Shown one piece after another: positions 8,990-19,398 of a stretch of DNA of 64,000 nt. A program made the translations under genes and the position numbers. Below the pieces are notes generated by a model that ran no database searches, had not been told where the DNA came from, and worked only from the letters and a program-made list of their open reading frames with translations. The stretch comes from an uncultured Candidatus Entotheonella sp. (lineage in GTDB: Bacteria > Tectomicrobia > Entotheonellia > Entotheonellales > Entotheonellaceae), in the NCBI GenBank assembly GCA_965215335.1, contig CBDCDA010000001.1:480001-544000 (forward strand), in the 5' to 3' direction. Position 1 is the first letter of the stretch; the number at the start of each line of letters is the position of its first letter.

Positions 8990-10129
8990 ATGCCGCCCGT
9001 TCACTATCGACCCGAGGCATTTCCGCCACGAGACTGCCTGGATTGGGGACAACTGATTCCACTTATCGGCCCTGCATCGGCTTCTGTGGCACGCTATGAT
9101 GGCTTGCTTGCCGCCATGCCAAATCCGGACAACCTGCTGACCCTTCCCTCGCTCCAGGAAGCCGTCGTTTCATCACGTATCGATGGCGGGCGGGCGACCC
9201 TGGGTGAGGTGTTGCAATTCGAGGCCGGGCAGAAAGTCGATTCGTCGCTGTTGCGCCGCAACATTGAACAAACCCTGAACTACCCCTTGGCGCTACGCAA
9301 GGCGGAACAGATGCTGACGGAACTGCCGCTCTGTCTGGGTGTCATCCGCGAGGTGCACCGGACGCTGCTGGGTGGCACACAACGAACCGAACAGGTGCCC
9401 GGCGAATTACGGCATGGCCCCAGCCGAGTCGGACGTCCCGGGGTCGCGGCTGCGGCTGAGAGGACTCACTACGTCCCCATCGAGGCGTCCGAGTTGCCGG
9501 ACGCCGTTGGCAAGTGGGAGCGTTACATTCACGAAACGGTGCCGGACCGCCTGATTCAGCTTGCCATTCTGCACGCGGAATTCGAGGCGCTGCACCCGTT
9601 TGCCGAGGGCAACGGACGCCTCGGGCGCATGCTTGTGCCCTTGTTTCTCTGGCAGCAGGGAATGCTTCGACGACCGGTCTTCTACATCAGCGCCTACTTC
9701 GAGGAACGACGCGACCTCTATTACGATGGATTGCTGGCGATTTTTCGCGACGGCAACTGGACAACCTGGTGCCGCTACTTTCTCGAAGCCTTGCGCGTGC
9801 AGGCCGAAGACAACCTGGCGAAGGCACAGGCGATCCTTGCTCTCTATGACCGAACCACCCGTCACTTCTCCATCATCACCCGTTCTCCAAATACGGTTGA
9901 CGCTCTGACGTGGTTATTCGGCCATCCGGTCCTGCGCAGTTCGGACTTCACCACCGCAGCGGGGGTGCCCAAACGAACGGCGCACCGGTTGCTCGGCACG
10001 CTGATGGAGGAAGGCATTCTGCACGAAATCAGAGCCGCCAACGGGCGCCGGCCAGCGATGCTCGGCTTTCCCGGCCTGCTCAACCTCGCCGCAATGGATT
10101 CAGACCTTTATTCGTTATATGGCGCATAA
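8990..10129 (+). CDS. Fic family protein with N-terminal Fic_N-type region and C-terminal HTH
   Basis: Fic motif HPFAEGNGRLGR; EAVVSSRIDG in the N-terminal region. Confidence 0.9.
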   Translation: MPPVHYRPEAFPPRDCLDWGQLIPLIGPASASVARYDGLLAAMPNPDNLLTLPSLQEAVVSSRIDGGRATLGEVLQFEAGQKVDSSLLRRNIEQTLNYPLALRKAEQMLTELPLCLGVIREVHRTLLGGTQRTEQVPGELRHGPSRVGRPGVAAAAERTHYVPIEASELPDAVGKWERYIHETVPDRLIQLAILHAEFEALHPFAEGNGRLGRMLVPLFLWQQGMLRRPVFYISAYFEERRDLYYDGLLAIFRDGNWTTWCRYFLEALRVQAEDNLAKAQAILALYDRTTRHFSIITRSPNTVDALTWLFGHPVLRSSDFTTAAGVPKRTAHRLLGTLMEEGILHEIRAANGRRPAMLGFPGLLNLAAMDSDLYSLYGA

Positions 10130-10350
10130 AATGATTTTTTATGCCACATAATTCACAAAAGGACTCTCCAGATATTGCAGCCGCTTCTGACGAACCCCGC
10201 CCCGTGGCTTCCCCGCAATTGTTTCCCGAGACGCCCCCCCCGAACGTTGCGCGCACTCCATCATTCCAACAAAACACCTCCGAAGGAACCGATAGGGGGA
10301 AGCTGCCCTACGTCGAGGGCGCTTCCGGGCTGGCTTTGCTCCCGGAAAAC

Positions 10351-10487
10351 CTGGATTCCGGCTTTCCATCGGGGTGACAGCCTGGGGGGACCTGCATTCC
10401 TGCCGTGTGTGGTATTGCAAGGCCATCGGTAATTGCTGCGAAATTCCCCGCCCACCAATTGTCATTACCCGCGAAAGCGGGAATCCA
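10351..10487. repeat. Inverted pair of REP-like palindromic elements (GTCATT..GAAAG..GGAATCCA type)
   Basis: 10351-10380 reverse complement is CTGTCACCCCGATGGAAAGCCGGAATCCAG; 10460-10487 is TGTCATTACCCGCGAAAGCGGGAATCCA. Confidence 0.55.
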
Positions 10488-10743
10488 ATGGTCTCGGCCT
10501 GGAAAACTACCGGAGTGCTGCCGCTGTAGCCGTCGCCGTACAAGTGGTGCGCACTCACCTGAACGCCGGCATGCAAACAAAGCGCCGGCCGCTCGTTGCC
10601 CATGCCTCGAATCAAAAATTCTCATGCTGTGGCAAACAAATACATTATGTTTGCCACACAGATAAGACCACAGAATCGCGCGTGCGCGGCGGTATGCAGA
10701 TCGTTTCGTTCAAGCAACGTCTCACGATTCCGCCCCGGTCGGC

Positions 10744-11682
10744 TCAAGTCGCCACGGCTGGCATCACACGGTCGGCAACTTGCTCAATGATGGCAATCTG
10801 CTGCGCCACGTCGTCGGTGCGAAAGTCGTAAGTGAGTTGGTGAATACCCATGTCCTGGCAGCGTCGGGCATCGTCAATGATGTCCTGTGTGGCGCCGACC
10901 AGGGCATTACCGGAGCGGAAGGCGGCCTCGCCGGTCAGGCCGATATCGGTGATGTGGAGGCTGCGCTTGAGGGAAATGGTGATGCCGCTTGGGTCACGGC
11001 CGGCACGCTCCGCCGCTTCGCGCAGATAGGGAAGGTGTTCGAGCACGTAAGCGGGGGTCTGGCGCGTCGGGTGCCAAGCCTGGCCATACGCAATCGTGCG
11101 CCGGATGGCGCGCCGGCTGTGACCACCGACCCAGATGGGCAGGGGATTCTGGACCGGCTTGGGCTGAAACTGCATGCCATCGAACTGGTAATACCGGCCG
11201 TGAAATTCCGGGTGCTCGTCGTTCCACAGCGTGCGGAAGATGCGCAGGAATTCGTCGCTCATGGGTCCACGCTCGGCGTATGGCACCCCGAGGCTTTGGA
11301 ACTCCTTTTCAAGCCAGCCGACGCCGACCCCGCAAATCGCCCGGCCGCCGCTCAGCACGTCCAGGGTGGCAAACATCTTGGCCTGCACGACGGGGTTGCG
11401 GTACGGCAGAATAATGACCGTGCTGCCCAGCCGGATGCGCTCGGTGACTGCTGCCACGTAGCACAGAACGCTGAGGGTTTCCAGGAAACCGACGCGCGCG
11501 TCCCGGGGAAACGAACCGTCAGCCGTGTAGGGATACTGATTGGTGCCGGCGGTGGGCAACAGAAGATGGTCGCCGCACCACAGCGACTCAAAACCAAGCG
11601 CTTCCGCGCGTTGGGCGAACTCGATGATGCTGGCGCCCTGCATGCCGTCCCCGCTGTGGGGCAATCCCAAGCCAAACCGCAT
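10744..11682 (-). CDS. LLM-class (probable F420-dependent) oxidoreductase
   Basis: AEALGFESLWCGDH, ATLDVLSGGR..GVGVGW..EF, PKPVQ..PIWVGG. Confidence 0.88.
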   Translation of the reverse strand: MRFGLGLPHSGDGMQGASIIEFAQRAEALGFESLWCGDHLLLPTAGTNQYPYTADGSFPRDARVGFLETLSVLCYVAAVTERIRLGSTVIILPYRNPVVQAKMFATLDVLSGGRAICGVGVGWLEKEFQSLGVPYAERGPMSDEFLRIFRTLWNDEHPEFHGRYYQFDGMQFQPKPVQNPLPIWVGGHSRRAIRRTIAYGQAWHPTRQTPAYVLEHLPYLREAAERAGRDPSGITISLKRSLHITDIGLTGEAAFRSGNALVGATQDIIDDARRCQDMGIHQLTYDFRTDDVAQQIAIIEQVADRVMPAVAT

Positions 11683-11809
11683 GTCGCATCTCCTTCAGTT
11701 GACGGGTTTCGATGGCAAGCGTGGCATCATAGCATGGGGTGCCGGCGGTTGAAATTTTGCTTCTCGCCTGCAAGAATTTCGCTGTCCAAGGCCAGAACTC
11801 GGAGGTTCG

Positions 11810-12139
11810 ATGATGCCGGATTGGGAAGAACACGGCGCGCCCGGCCACGGCGTCGGGAGGCTCGCCGAGACCACCACGCAAATCGAAAAACCGCCTCTGT
11901 TCAAAGTCCTGCTGCACAACGACGACTTCACCACCATGGAATTCGTGGTCGACATTCTGCAGCACGTCTTCCATCGCCCGGAGGCGGAGGCGTTGCACAT
12001 CATGCTGGCGGTGCATCATCAGGGCGTCGGCGTAGCGGGCGTCTACCCCTATGAAATCGCCGAGGCCAAGGCCAACAAGGTCACGGAACTCGCCGGGGCA
12101 CAGGAGTTTCCACTGCTGTGCACCCTGGAACAAGAGTAA
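11810..12139 (+). CDS. clpS: ATP-dependent Clp protease adaptor ClpS
   Basis: VLLHNDDFTTMEFVV, IMLAVH, YEIAEAK, FPLLCTLE. Confidence 0.97.
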   Translation: MMPDWEEHGAPGHGVGRLAETTTQIEKPPLFKVLLHNDDFTTMEFVVDILQHVFHRPEAEALHIMLAVHHQGVGVAGVYPYEIAEAKANKVTELAGAQEFPLLCTLEQE

Positions 12140-12176
12140 CCAGAACGGCCGGAAACGGCGCACGGGTCACCCCACC

Positions 12177-14462
12177 ATGCTGACGCACGAATTGCAACGT
12201 TCCCTCAGCGCAGCCAGCCACACGGCCACGCGACAACACCACGAATACATTACGCTGGAGCACATCCTGCACGCCTTGCTCGATGACCCCACCGGCAGGG
12301 ACGTGATTCACAACTGCGGGGGCGACGTTGCGCAACTGAGGCACGCCCTGGAATCGTTCATGGCGGAGCACCTGCAGCCCTTGCCCGCCGGGGCGCAGGC
12401 GACGCCGCAGCCGACGGTCGCGTTCGAGCGTGTTCTGCAGCGCGCGTTGCTGCAAGCACAGGGATCGGGCCAGCCGGCGATCGACGGCGGCAACGTCCTG
12501 GTGGCGATGTTTCAGGAGACGCGATCCCACGCCGTTTATCTGCTGGCCAAGCAGGGAATCGGCAAGCTGGACGTTCTCAACTACATTTCCCACGGCATTT
12601 CCAAACGCGAGCTTGAGGAAGAGGACGACACGGCGGCGGAGTCCGCAACCCCCGGCGGCAAGGCCGGCGCTGACCGCGCAGCGCGCGGTCCGTTGGCCGC
12701 CTTCACGATCAATCTGATCGAGCTGGCCGAGAAGGGCAGTATCGACCCGCTCATCGGGCGCGAGGCGGAGATCAGACGCACCATCCAGGTCCTGTGCCGC
12801 CGCCGCAAAAACAACCCGGTGTACGTCGGCGAGCCGGGCGTCGGCAAAACGGCCGTCGCCGAGGGCCTGGCCCTCAGGATTCAACGCGGCGAGGTGCCAG
12901 ATGCCCTGCGCAACACCGGGGTTTACGCCCTGGACTTGGGTGCGCTCATCGCCGGCGCTCAGTACCGCGGCCAGTTCGAGCAGCGCCTCAAAGCCGTCCT
13001 CAAAGCGCTGCGCGACAAGCCGGGGGCCGTTCTGTTCATCGACGAAATCCACACCATCGTGCGCGCCGGCGCGGTCGAGGGCGGCATGATGGACGCCTCG
13101 AACCTGCTCAAGCCCGCCTTGGCCGGCGGGGAATTACGGTGCATCGGCGCGACCACCTTTCCCGAATACAAAGCCTCCTTCGAGCGCGACAAGGCCCTCG
13201 GCCGGCGGTTTCAGAAGATCGACATCGACGAGCCTTCCGTGGCCGATACCCAACGCATCCTGCAAGGGCTGCGAGGCTATTACGAGACCCATCACGGCAT
13301 CACATACAGCGATGCGGCCCTGGGCGCGGCGGCTGAATTGTCCGCCAAGCACATCAGCGACCGCTTCCTGCCGGACAAGGCCATCGACGTGATTGACGAA
13401 GCGGGTGCAGCGGTGAAACTACTGCCTGAAGACGATCGGACTGGCAAGCAGATTGCCGTGTCTGACATTGAGCGGGTGGTGGCCGGCATGGCCCGAATTC
13501 CCGCGCGCTCCGTTTCGGGTTCGGACAAAGACCGCCTCGCCGGCCTGGAAAAGGCGCTGAAAGCCGTCATTTACGGGCAGGATCACGCCATCGAGCGGGT
13601 CGTCAAGGCCGTGAAGCTCTCGCGTTCCGGTCTGGGTGCGGCCACGAAACCGATCGGCTCGTTCCTGTTCGCCGGCCCCACCGGGGTGGGCAAGACCGAA
13701 CTCGCCAGACAACTCGCCAGCGTGCTCGGTGTCAGCTTCATTCGCTTCGACATGAGCGAGTACATGGAGAAACACACCGTGTCGCGTCTGATCGGGGCGC
13801 CGCCGGGTTACGTCGGCTTCGATCAAGGCGGGCTGTTGACCGACGCGGTCGTGAAAACGCCGCACGCTGTTCTGGCGCTGGACGAAATCGAGAAGGCGCA
13901 TCCCGACGTGTTCAACCTGCTGCTGCAGGTGATGGACCACGCCGCCCTGACGGACAACAACGGCAAAAAGGCGGACTTCCGCAACGTCATCGTCATCATG
14001 ACCACCAACGCCGGCGCCCGTGAAATCGCCAGCGAGGAGATCGGCTTTCGCGCCTCCGGCGCGAAACGCGGCGGCGGTCCGGGCGCGGCAGCAGCGAAAG
14101 CCAGGACCGCTATCGAGCGCACCTTCAGCCCCGAGTTTCGCAATCGCCTTGATGCCTGGATCCAGTTCAACGCGCTTACCGTGGCGGACGTGGAGCGGGT
14201 GGTGGACAAGTTCATCGACGAACTACGGGGCAAGCTTGCCGAAAAGCGGGTCAGCCTGGACCTGACGGATGCGGCGCGGCGCTGGCTGGCACAGGAGGGT
14301 TTTGACCGTTTCCACGGTGCGCGCCCGATGGCTCGCTTGATCCGGCAGCGCATCACCGAGCCGTTGTCCGAAGCGATTCTGTTCGGGGACCTGCAGGAGG
14401 GTGGCCGAGCAGTCGTCAAAGTCAGAAGGAACGACTTGGCACTGGCGTTTCGCGCGTCGTAG
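12177..14462 (+). CDS. clpA: ATP-dependent Clp protease ATP-binding subunit ClpA
   Basis: Two AAA+ modules ([16 protein letters not shown]), [23 protein letters not shown]; follows clpS. Start moved to ATG 12177. Confidence 0.96.
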   Translation: MLTHELQRSLSAASHTATRQHHEYITLEHILHALLDDPTGRDVIHNCGGDVAQLRHALESFMAEHLQPLPAGAQATPQPTVAFERVLQRALLQAQGSGQPAIDGGNVLVAMFQETRSHAVYLLAKQGIGKLDVLNYISHGISKRELEEEDDTAAESATPGGKAGADRAARGPLAAFTINLIELAEKGSIDPLIGREAEIRRTIQVLCRRRKNNPVYVGEPGVGKTAVAEGLALRIQRGEVPDALRNTGVYALDLGALIAGAQYRGQFEQRLKAVLKALRDKPGAVLFIDEIHTIVRAGAVEGGMMDASNLLKPALAGGELRCIGATTFPEYKASFERDKALGRRFQKIDIDEPSVADTQRILQGLRGYYETHHGITYSDAALGAAAELSAKHISDRFLPDKAIDVIDEAGAAVKLLPEDDRTGKQIAVSDIERVVAGMARIPARSVSGSDKDRLAGLEKALKAVIYGQDHAIERVVKAVKLSRSGLGAATKPIGSFLFAGPTGVGKTELARQLASVLGVSFIRFDMSEYMEKHTVSRLIGAPPGYVGFDQGGLLTDAVVKTPHAVLALDEIEKAHPDVFNLLLQVMDHAALTDNNGKKADFRNVIVIMTTNAGAREIASEEIGFRASGAKRGGGPGAAAAKARTAIERTFSPEFRNRLDAWIQFNALTVADVERVVDKFIDELRGKLAEKRVSLDLTDAARRWLAQEGFDRFHGARPMARLIRQRITEPLSEAILFGDLQEGGRAVVKVRRNDLALAFRAS

Positions 14463-14483
14463 ACCGGCCCCATGCCTGGCCGG

Positions 14484-15869
14484 TCAGAACTCCAGGTGCT
14501 TGGGCGTGCGGGGGAAGGGGATGACGTCGCGGATATTCGTAACGCCGGTGACCATCATCAGAAAACGCTCGAAGCCCAGCCCGAAACCGGCATGCGGGGC
14601 CGTCCCGAAACGTCGGATGTCGAGATACCACCAATAATCCTGCGGCCGCAGGCCGAACTCGGCGAGGCGCCGTTCGAGCACCTCCAGGCGCTCCTCACGC
14701 TGGCTCCCACCGATGAGCTCACCGATGCGCGGCACCAGCAGATCCATGGCCGCCACCGTCTGGCCGTCGTCGTTCAGCCGCATGTAAAAGGATTTGATCT
14801 CCCTGGGATAGTCGTGCACCATGACCGGCTTCTTGCAGTAGTCCTCCGTCAGATAGCGCTCGTGTTCGGTCTGCAGGTCCACCCCGTAGGCAACCGGAAA
14901 CTGGAACGCCTTGCCCGAACGCTGCAAGACGTCGATGGCCTCGCCGTACGGCATGCGCACGTAGGACTCCTCGGCGATCAGGCGCAGGTTCGCCATCAGG
15001 TCGGGATCGACGAAGCGAGCGAACAACTCCAGGTCGGCGGCGCACGCCGCCAGGGCATGCTGCACCAAGCTCCGCACCAGGTCCTCGCCCAGGTCCATGT
15101 CGTCTTGCAGGTCGGCGAACGCCATTTCCGGCTCGATCATCCAGAATTCGGCGGCGTGTCGCGGGGTGTTGGAATTTTCCGCCCGGAACGTTGGCCCGAA
15201 GGTGTACACGTTGCCCAACGCGCAGGCGAACAGCTCGGCCTCCAGTTGCCCGGACACGGTGAGGTTGGCTTCCTTGCCGAAAAAGTCGTCCGCCACGTCG
15301 GGCCGTTCCGGAGCGCCGGACGGCAGGGAAAAGGGCAGGGTGGTGACGCGAAACATCTCGCCGGCGCCCTCGCAATCCGAGCCGGTAATGATGGGGGTGT
15401 GCAGGTGGTGAAAGCCGCGTTGGCGGAAGAACTGGTGCACGGCGAAGGCCGTTTCGGAGCGGATGCGGAACAGGGCGCCGTACTTGTTGGTGCGCGGGCG
15501 CAGATGGGCGATGGAACGCAGGAACTCGTCGGAGTGGCGCTTTTTCTGCAGCGGGTAGGTGTCCGGGTCGGCGCCACCCAGCAACCGAAGGGCACTGGCG
15601 TGCACTTCCCACTGCTGGTTCTTGCCGGGCGATGCGACCAACACGCCCTCGGCCTCGACCGCGGCGCCGGTGGTGATCGTGTCCAGGGCCCCGGCGGCGG
15701 GGGTGGCGGCGTCGACGATGACCTGCAGATTCTTCAGGCACGAGCCGTCATTGATCTCCAAGAACGACAAGCCCTTGGCGTCGCGCCGGGTACGCACCCA
15801 GCCCTTGACCAGAATGGCATCCCTTGCCTGCGCGCTGTCCAGCGCTTCGAGGACCCGCGTGCGTCTCAT
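14484..15869 (-). CDS. asnS: Asparagine--tRNA ligase
   Basis: LTVSGQLEAE, YTFGPTFRAENSNT, AEFWMIEPE, PHAGFGLGFER. Confidence 0.97.
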   Translation of the reverse strand: MRRTRVLEALDSAQARDAILVKGWVRTRRDAKGLSFLEINDGSCLKNLQVIVDAATPAAGALDTITTGAAVEAEGVLVASPGKNQQWEVHASALRLLGGADPDTYPLQKKRHSDEFLRSIAHLRPRTNKYGALFRIRSETAFAVHQFFRQRGFHHLHTPIITGSDCEGAGEMFRVTTLPFSLPSGAPERPDVADDFFGKEANLTVSGQLEAELFACALGNVYTFGPTFRAENSNTPRHAAEFWMIEPEMAFADLQDDMDLGEDLVRSLVQHALAACAADLELFARFVDPDLMANLRLIAEESYVRMPYGEAIDVLQRSGKAFQFPVAYGVDLQTEHERYLTEDYCKKPVMVHDYPREIKSFYMRLNDDGQTVAAMDLLVPRIGELIGGSQREERLEVLERRLAEFGLRPQDYWWYLDIRRFGTAPHAGFGLGFERFLMMVTGVTNIRDVIPFPRTPKHLEF

Positions 15870-17044
15870 GGCTTGTGTCCGTCCCCAGCCCCCAGGACGT
15901 CCGCTACCTGCCTCACCACCGTATCGACTTCGTCCCGGCTGATCGTCAGAGGCGGCAGAAAGCGCAGCACCGTGGCCCCGGCCGCCAAGGCCAGCACGCC
16001 GCGCGCCATCAGGACCCGCAAATGCGGCGCGACTTTCTCTTTCAACTCCATGCCGATCATGAGGCCAAAGCCGCGCACGTCGCGCACCTGGGGCGCCTGC
16101 AAGGCGCGCAGGCTGTCGGCGAAATACCGGCCGACCTCGGCGGCGCGCTCGGGCAAGCGCTCCTCCTGCAGGATGTCGAGCACGGTGGCGGCGACGGCGC
16201 AGGCCAAGGGATTGCCGCCGAACGTCGAGCTGTGCAGCCCCTTGGGGATGCGCCCGACCCGTTCGCCGATGGCGCAGGCCCCCATGGGAAGTCCGCCGGC
16301 CATTGCCTTGGCCATGGCGAGGATATCCGGCTCCAGCCCGTAATGGTCGCAGGCGAAGAACTTCCCGGTGCGTCCGAAGCCCGTCTGGACTTCGTCAATG
16401 ATCAACAGAACCCCCCGGTGGCGGCAAAGCGCCTGAGCGCCCTGCAAGTAGCCCGCGCTCGCCGGGCGCACGCCACCTTCGCCCTGCACGACCTCCAACA
16501 AGACCGCGGCGGTGTCGTCGTCGAGGGCCGCTTCGAGTGCCGGCAGCTTATCGTAAGGCACGTGCCGGTAACCCCCGGGCAGCAGTCCGGCAACCTCGCG
16601 GTGCTTCGGGTCCCAGGTCGCCGCCAGGGCGCCCAGAGTGCGGCCGTGGTAACCCCGGGCAGCGGCCACGACGCCGTTCTTTCCGGTACTGGCGCGGGCG
16701 AATTTCAGCGCGCCTTCAATCGCCTCGGTGCCGGAGTTGCACAAAAAGATGCGGCCGAGACCCGGCGGCGTGCGGGCAGCCAGCTTTTCCAGCAGGGCGG
16801 CGCGGCGGTCGTTGTAAAACAGTTCGGGGCAGGTGGTGAGCGTCCGGGCCTGCTGGGCCAAGGTTTCCACGACCCTGGGATGCGCGTGCCCGACGCTGGC
16901 CACCCCCATGCCGCTGGCGCAGTCGATGTATTCAGTCCCCTCGGCGTCCCAAAGGCGGGCGCCCTCGCCGCGCACGATCGTCACGCCGCGCTTGGCGTAC
17001 ACACCGGTTGAATAGCGTTCTTCGATGTCCTGCACCAGGTCCAT
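15866..17044 (-). CDS. lysJ: [LysW]-aminoadipate semialdehyde transaminase (class III aminotransferase)
   Basis: NSGTEAIE, DEVQTGFGRTG, AKAMAGG, HSSTFGGNP; inside the lysW cluster. Confidence 0.85.
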   Translation of the reverse strand: MDLVQDIEERYSTGVYAKRGVTIVRGEGARLWDAEGTEYIDCASGMGVASVGHAHPRVVETLAQQARTLTTCPELFYNDRRAALLEKLAARTPPGLGRIFLCNSGTEAIEGALKFARASTGKNGVVAAARGYHGRTLGALAATWDPKHREVAGLLPGGYRHVPYDKLPALEAALDDDTAAVLLEVVQGEGGVRPASAGYLQGAQALCRHRGVLLIIDEVQTGFGRTGKFFACDHYGLEPDILAMAKAMAGGLPMGACAIGERVGRIPKGLHSSTFGGNPLACAVAATVLDILQEERLPERAAEVGRYFADSLRALQAPQVRDVRGFGLMIGMELKEKVAPHLRVLMARGVLALAAGATVLRFLPPLTISRDEVDTVVRQVADVLGAGDGHKP

Positions 17045-17055
17045 GCCAACTCCCT

Positions 17056-17859
17056 TCAACGCAGCACCGTGCCGCACCCCTGCAGCGCCCGGCGGATGGG
17101 TTGTTGCAAGCGGGCGTCACCCAGGATGACCGTGCCGACGCCGCCTTCCAGCGCCTCCCGCGTCCCCATGACCTTCTTTTTCATGCGTCCCTGGGCGATG
17201 TCCATGGCGGCGTCCAGCTGGTCTCGTTCCACGCACCGGACAAGTGAATCGGCGTCGTCGAGGTCGCGCAGCAGGCCCGGCACGTTCGACAGCATGACCA
17301 GGGTTTCGGCCTCACAGGCAACCGCCAGGACGGCGGCGGCGCGGTCGCCATCGACATTGATGATCTCGCTGTCATAACTCAGCGCCGGCGGACACAGTAC
17401 CGGTGTGTAGCCGTTGTCCAGCAGCAGGGTGAGCAGGCCGGTGTTGACGCGCTCGACGCGCCCCGTGAAGTCGTCGCGCAGCACCCGGCGCTTGCCGTCT
17501 TCCACGACCTTGATGGCCGCCTTGCGCGTCCCTTCCATGCTGCGCCCGTCGGCCCCGCACAGCCCGACGGCGTTGACCCCGAGCTGCTGCAGGCGTTCGA
17601 CGAACAGCTTGTTCAGCTTGCCGACGTAGGCCATGCAGAACAGCATCAGCGTCTCGCGGTCGGTATAGCGGCTCTGCATGCCCGAAATCGAGGTGACGAA
17701 GCGCGGCGGCTTGCCCAAAGCCTCTGAGAGCACGTTCGTCTCATGGCTGGCGCCGTGTACGAGAATCAGCTGTTCGCCTTGCTGCGTGAGATCCTGCACG
17801 TCCTGGCACACCGCGTCGATGGGAATGCCCTCGCCGCCACCGATTTTTACTACGAGCAT
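17056..17859 (-). CDS. lysZ: [LysW]-aminoadipate kinase
   Basis: VVKIGG, VHGAS, SRYTD, INVDGDRAAA, GRMKKK. Confidence 0.9.
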   Translation of the reverse strand: MLVVKIGGGEGIPIDAVCQDVQDLTQQGEQLILVHGASHETNVLSEALGKPPRFVTSISGMQSRYTDRETLMLFCMAYVGKLNKLFVERLQQLGVNAVGLCGADGRSMEGTRKAAIKVVEDGKRRVLRDDFTGRVERVNTGLLTLLLDNGYTPVLCPPALSYDSEIINVDGDRAAAVLAVACEAETLVMLSNVPGLLRDLDDADSLVRCVERDQLDAAMDIAQGRMKKKVMGTREALEGGVGTVILGDARLQQPIRRALQGCGTVLR

Positions 17860-17878
17860 GATGGTTCCTTGAGCGTGG

Positions 17879-18190
17879 TCAGACGAATACCGCTGGCGAG
17901 ACCTTGAATCGTTCTGCCAAGGCCCGAATCTGTTTGACGTTCAGTTCCCCTTTACCATGCAGGATTTCGGAGACCACGCCTTGTGAACCGATCTCCGGCA
18001 GGTCGATTGGGTCAGGCCGTGCTCGTCCATCAGGAAACCAGGCATGGCCGCCCCACGACACTCCGGCATGGGATGGTATTTTTCCTCATAGGCGTGGAGC
18101 ACCGTGCCCATGGTATCCAACAGCGTATACAGCGGGTGCTGCGCGAATTGCGAACGGCCAGGAGCGGGTCAGAATGATCGTCCCCATGCA
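17879..18190 (-). pseudogene. HigA-like HTH antitoxin, frameshifted and internally deleted
   Basis: HPLYTLLDTMGTVLHAYEE..FLMDEHGLTQS, then a frame change near 18004 to DLPEIGSQGVVSEILHGKGELNVKQIRALAERFKVSPAVFV. Confidence 0.75.
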
Positions 18191-18217
18191 CGGTGGGCCG
18201 TCCGCTCCAAGCCTCTG

Positions 18218-18553
18218 TCAGGCCCTGTCAGTACGATGGACGGCTTCCTTCACTACCTTGAACGACACGCTCTTGGTGCTCGGATAAATCTGCACATCGG
18301 TAAGTTGCTCTACGTTACCATCATCAAACACGGCCTTGAGGAAGAACCTACCGATCTTCTCCTCAAGGTCATCAAGAAAGCTGAACATTTGCTGATTCAC
18401 CATCTCCTCATATTCTTCAAACTGATGTTGAAGCATCGCCGGCATAAGGCTGAGATCAATCCGACCTGCAAAACAGCCGTCTTGCTCGGAAACCTTTGCC
18501 GTTGCGACAACCTGCCGACTTTGATCAATGATCGTGACTCGTTGAAAACTCAT
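18218..18553 (-). CDS. Hypothetical protein (possible immunity/antitoxin partner)
   Basis: 111-aa acidic ORF, ATGA-coupled to the upstream gene. Confidence 0.6.
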   Translation of the reverse strand: MSFQRVTIIDQSRQVVATAKVSEQDGCFAGRIDLSLMPAMLQHQFEEYEEMVNQQMFSFLDDLEEKIGRFFLKAVFDDGNVEQLTDVQIYPSTKSVSFKVVKEAVHRTDRA

Positions 18554-18924
18554 GGCGCATGTCCTGACGTATCTGTGAAAACCGCCGATAGCCCGGCAAG
18601 ATTCTCGTCACTGAAGCCCATTTCGCCATCGGGATGGATGAGCCGATAATGGTTTGGCAGTTTCCTGGTAGGGTAGGGGATGATGTCGAAACCGGCACTG
18701 CGGATTTTGTCTGCTGTTGTCGAGCCAACGACTTGCGCCGTCTCGTGCAACCTGTCGGCTGCCGGGAACGCCGCCCGCATCTGACGGGCCGCTTCACTGG
18801 GCGAAGCAGATTGCAAAACGGAAATTCCAGGCGGGCTGAGAGTTACCTCTCTGGGCTTCAACCGGAGATTTGCCATGCCACCACCCCCGACGCGATGCAT
18901 ATCATCGGATCCGGTTCTCGACAC
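18550..18924 (-). CDS. Hypothetical protein, toxin-like (possible ADP-ribosyltransferase-like fold)
   Basis: HRVGGG..LRLKP..PPGISV..PNHYRLI pattern; purine-rich RBS before GTG 18924 (alternative ATG 18900). Confidence 0.55.
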   Translation of the reverse strand: MSRTGSDDMHRVGGGGMANLRLKPREVTLSPPGISVLQSASPSEAARQMRAAFPAADRLHETAQVVGSTTADKIRSAGFDIIPYPTRKLPNHYRLIHPDGEMGFSDENLAGLSAVFTDTSGHAP

Positions 18925-19020
18925 CTCACCCCTCTCATCTTTTCCTTTCCCTGCCTCTAAATGATTCCACTTTGAAATCAAGAGTTTTTGACAACCGCTC
19001 GCCCGATTTCGGCCTTTTCT

Positions 19021-19050
19021 ATAGGTCAGATTAGCGAAGCGTAATCCGAC
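19021..19050. repeat. REP-like palindrome
   Basis: ATAGGTCAGATTAGCGAAGCGTAATCCGAC, similar to GTAG-class REP hairpins. Confidence 0.55.
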
Positions 19051-19129
19051 ATCTCCGCTGCGAAAACACCGCCATGCCCAAGAAGATGAAGCGCCTCCTG
19101 TTCAATAGCTTTGGAGTCTAAATTTTCAC

Positions 19130-19398
19130 CTCCCTGCTTTTCGCGTGCCTGTGGACTTGAACGCCCCTGCAAGCGGTCCTTGCACAACAACTGGCGTGAG
19201 GCTGAACACCCGTGCGTATTTTGCGGCAGTCTTAACGTCGCCTCGACGAAAGAGCCTCCCGTACATCGTCGATACGATACGCGGCTTCAAGAGAGAGATA
19301 CGGTGACCATTCTCCAGGCACCCTCACTACTACTCCACGTCAATTTCTGCGACGTAATTCCCCTCGTGAACGGGCTTCGTCCGTTTTCCCTTGTTCAT
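19130..19398 (-). pseudogene. Small conserved hypothetical (TA-type) gene with two frameshifts
   Basis: MNKGKRTKPVHEGNYVAEIDVE / WSPYLSLEAAYRIDDVREAL / RRGDVKTAAKYARVFSLTPV, in successive frames. Confidence 0.55.

Noticed and set aside
10139..10615. 158-aa minus-strand ORF after fic
   Set aside because: Runs through REP-like repeats and has no recognisable domain.
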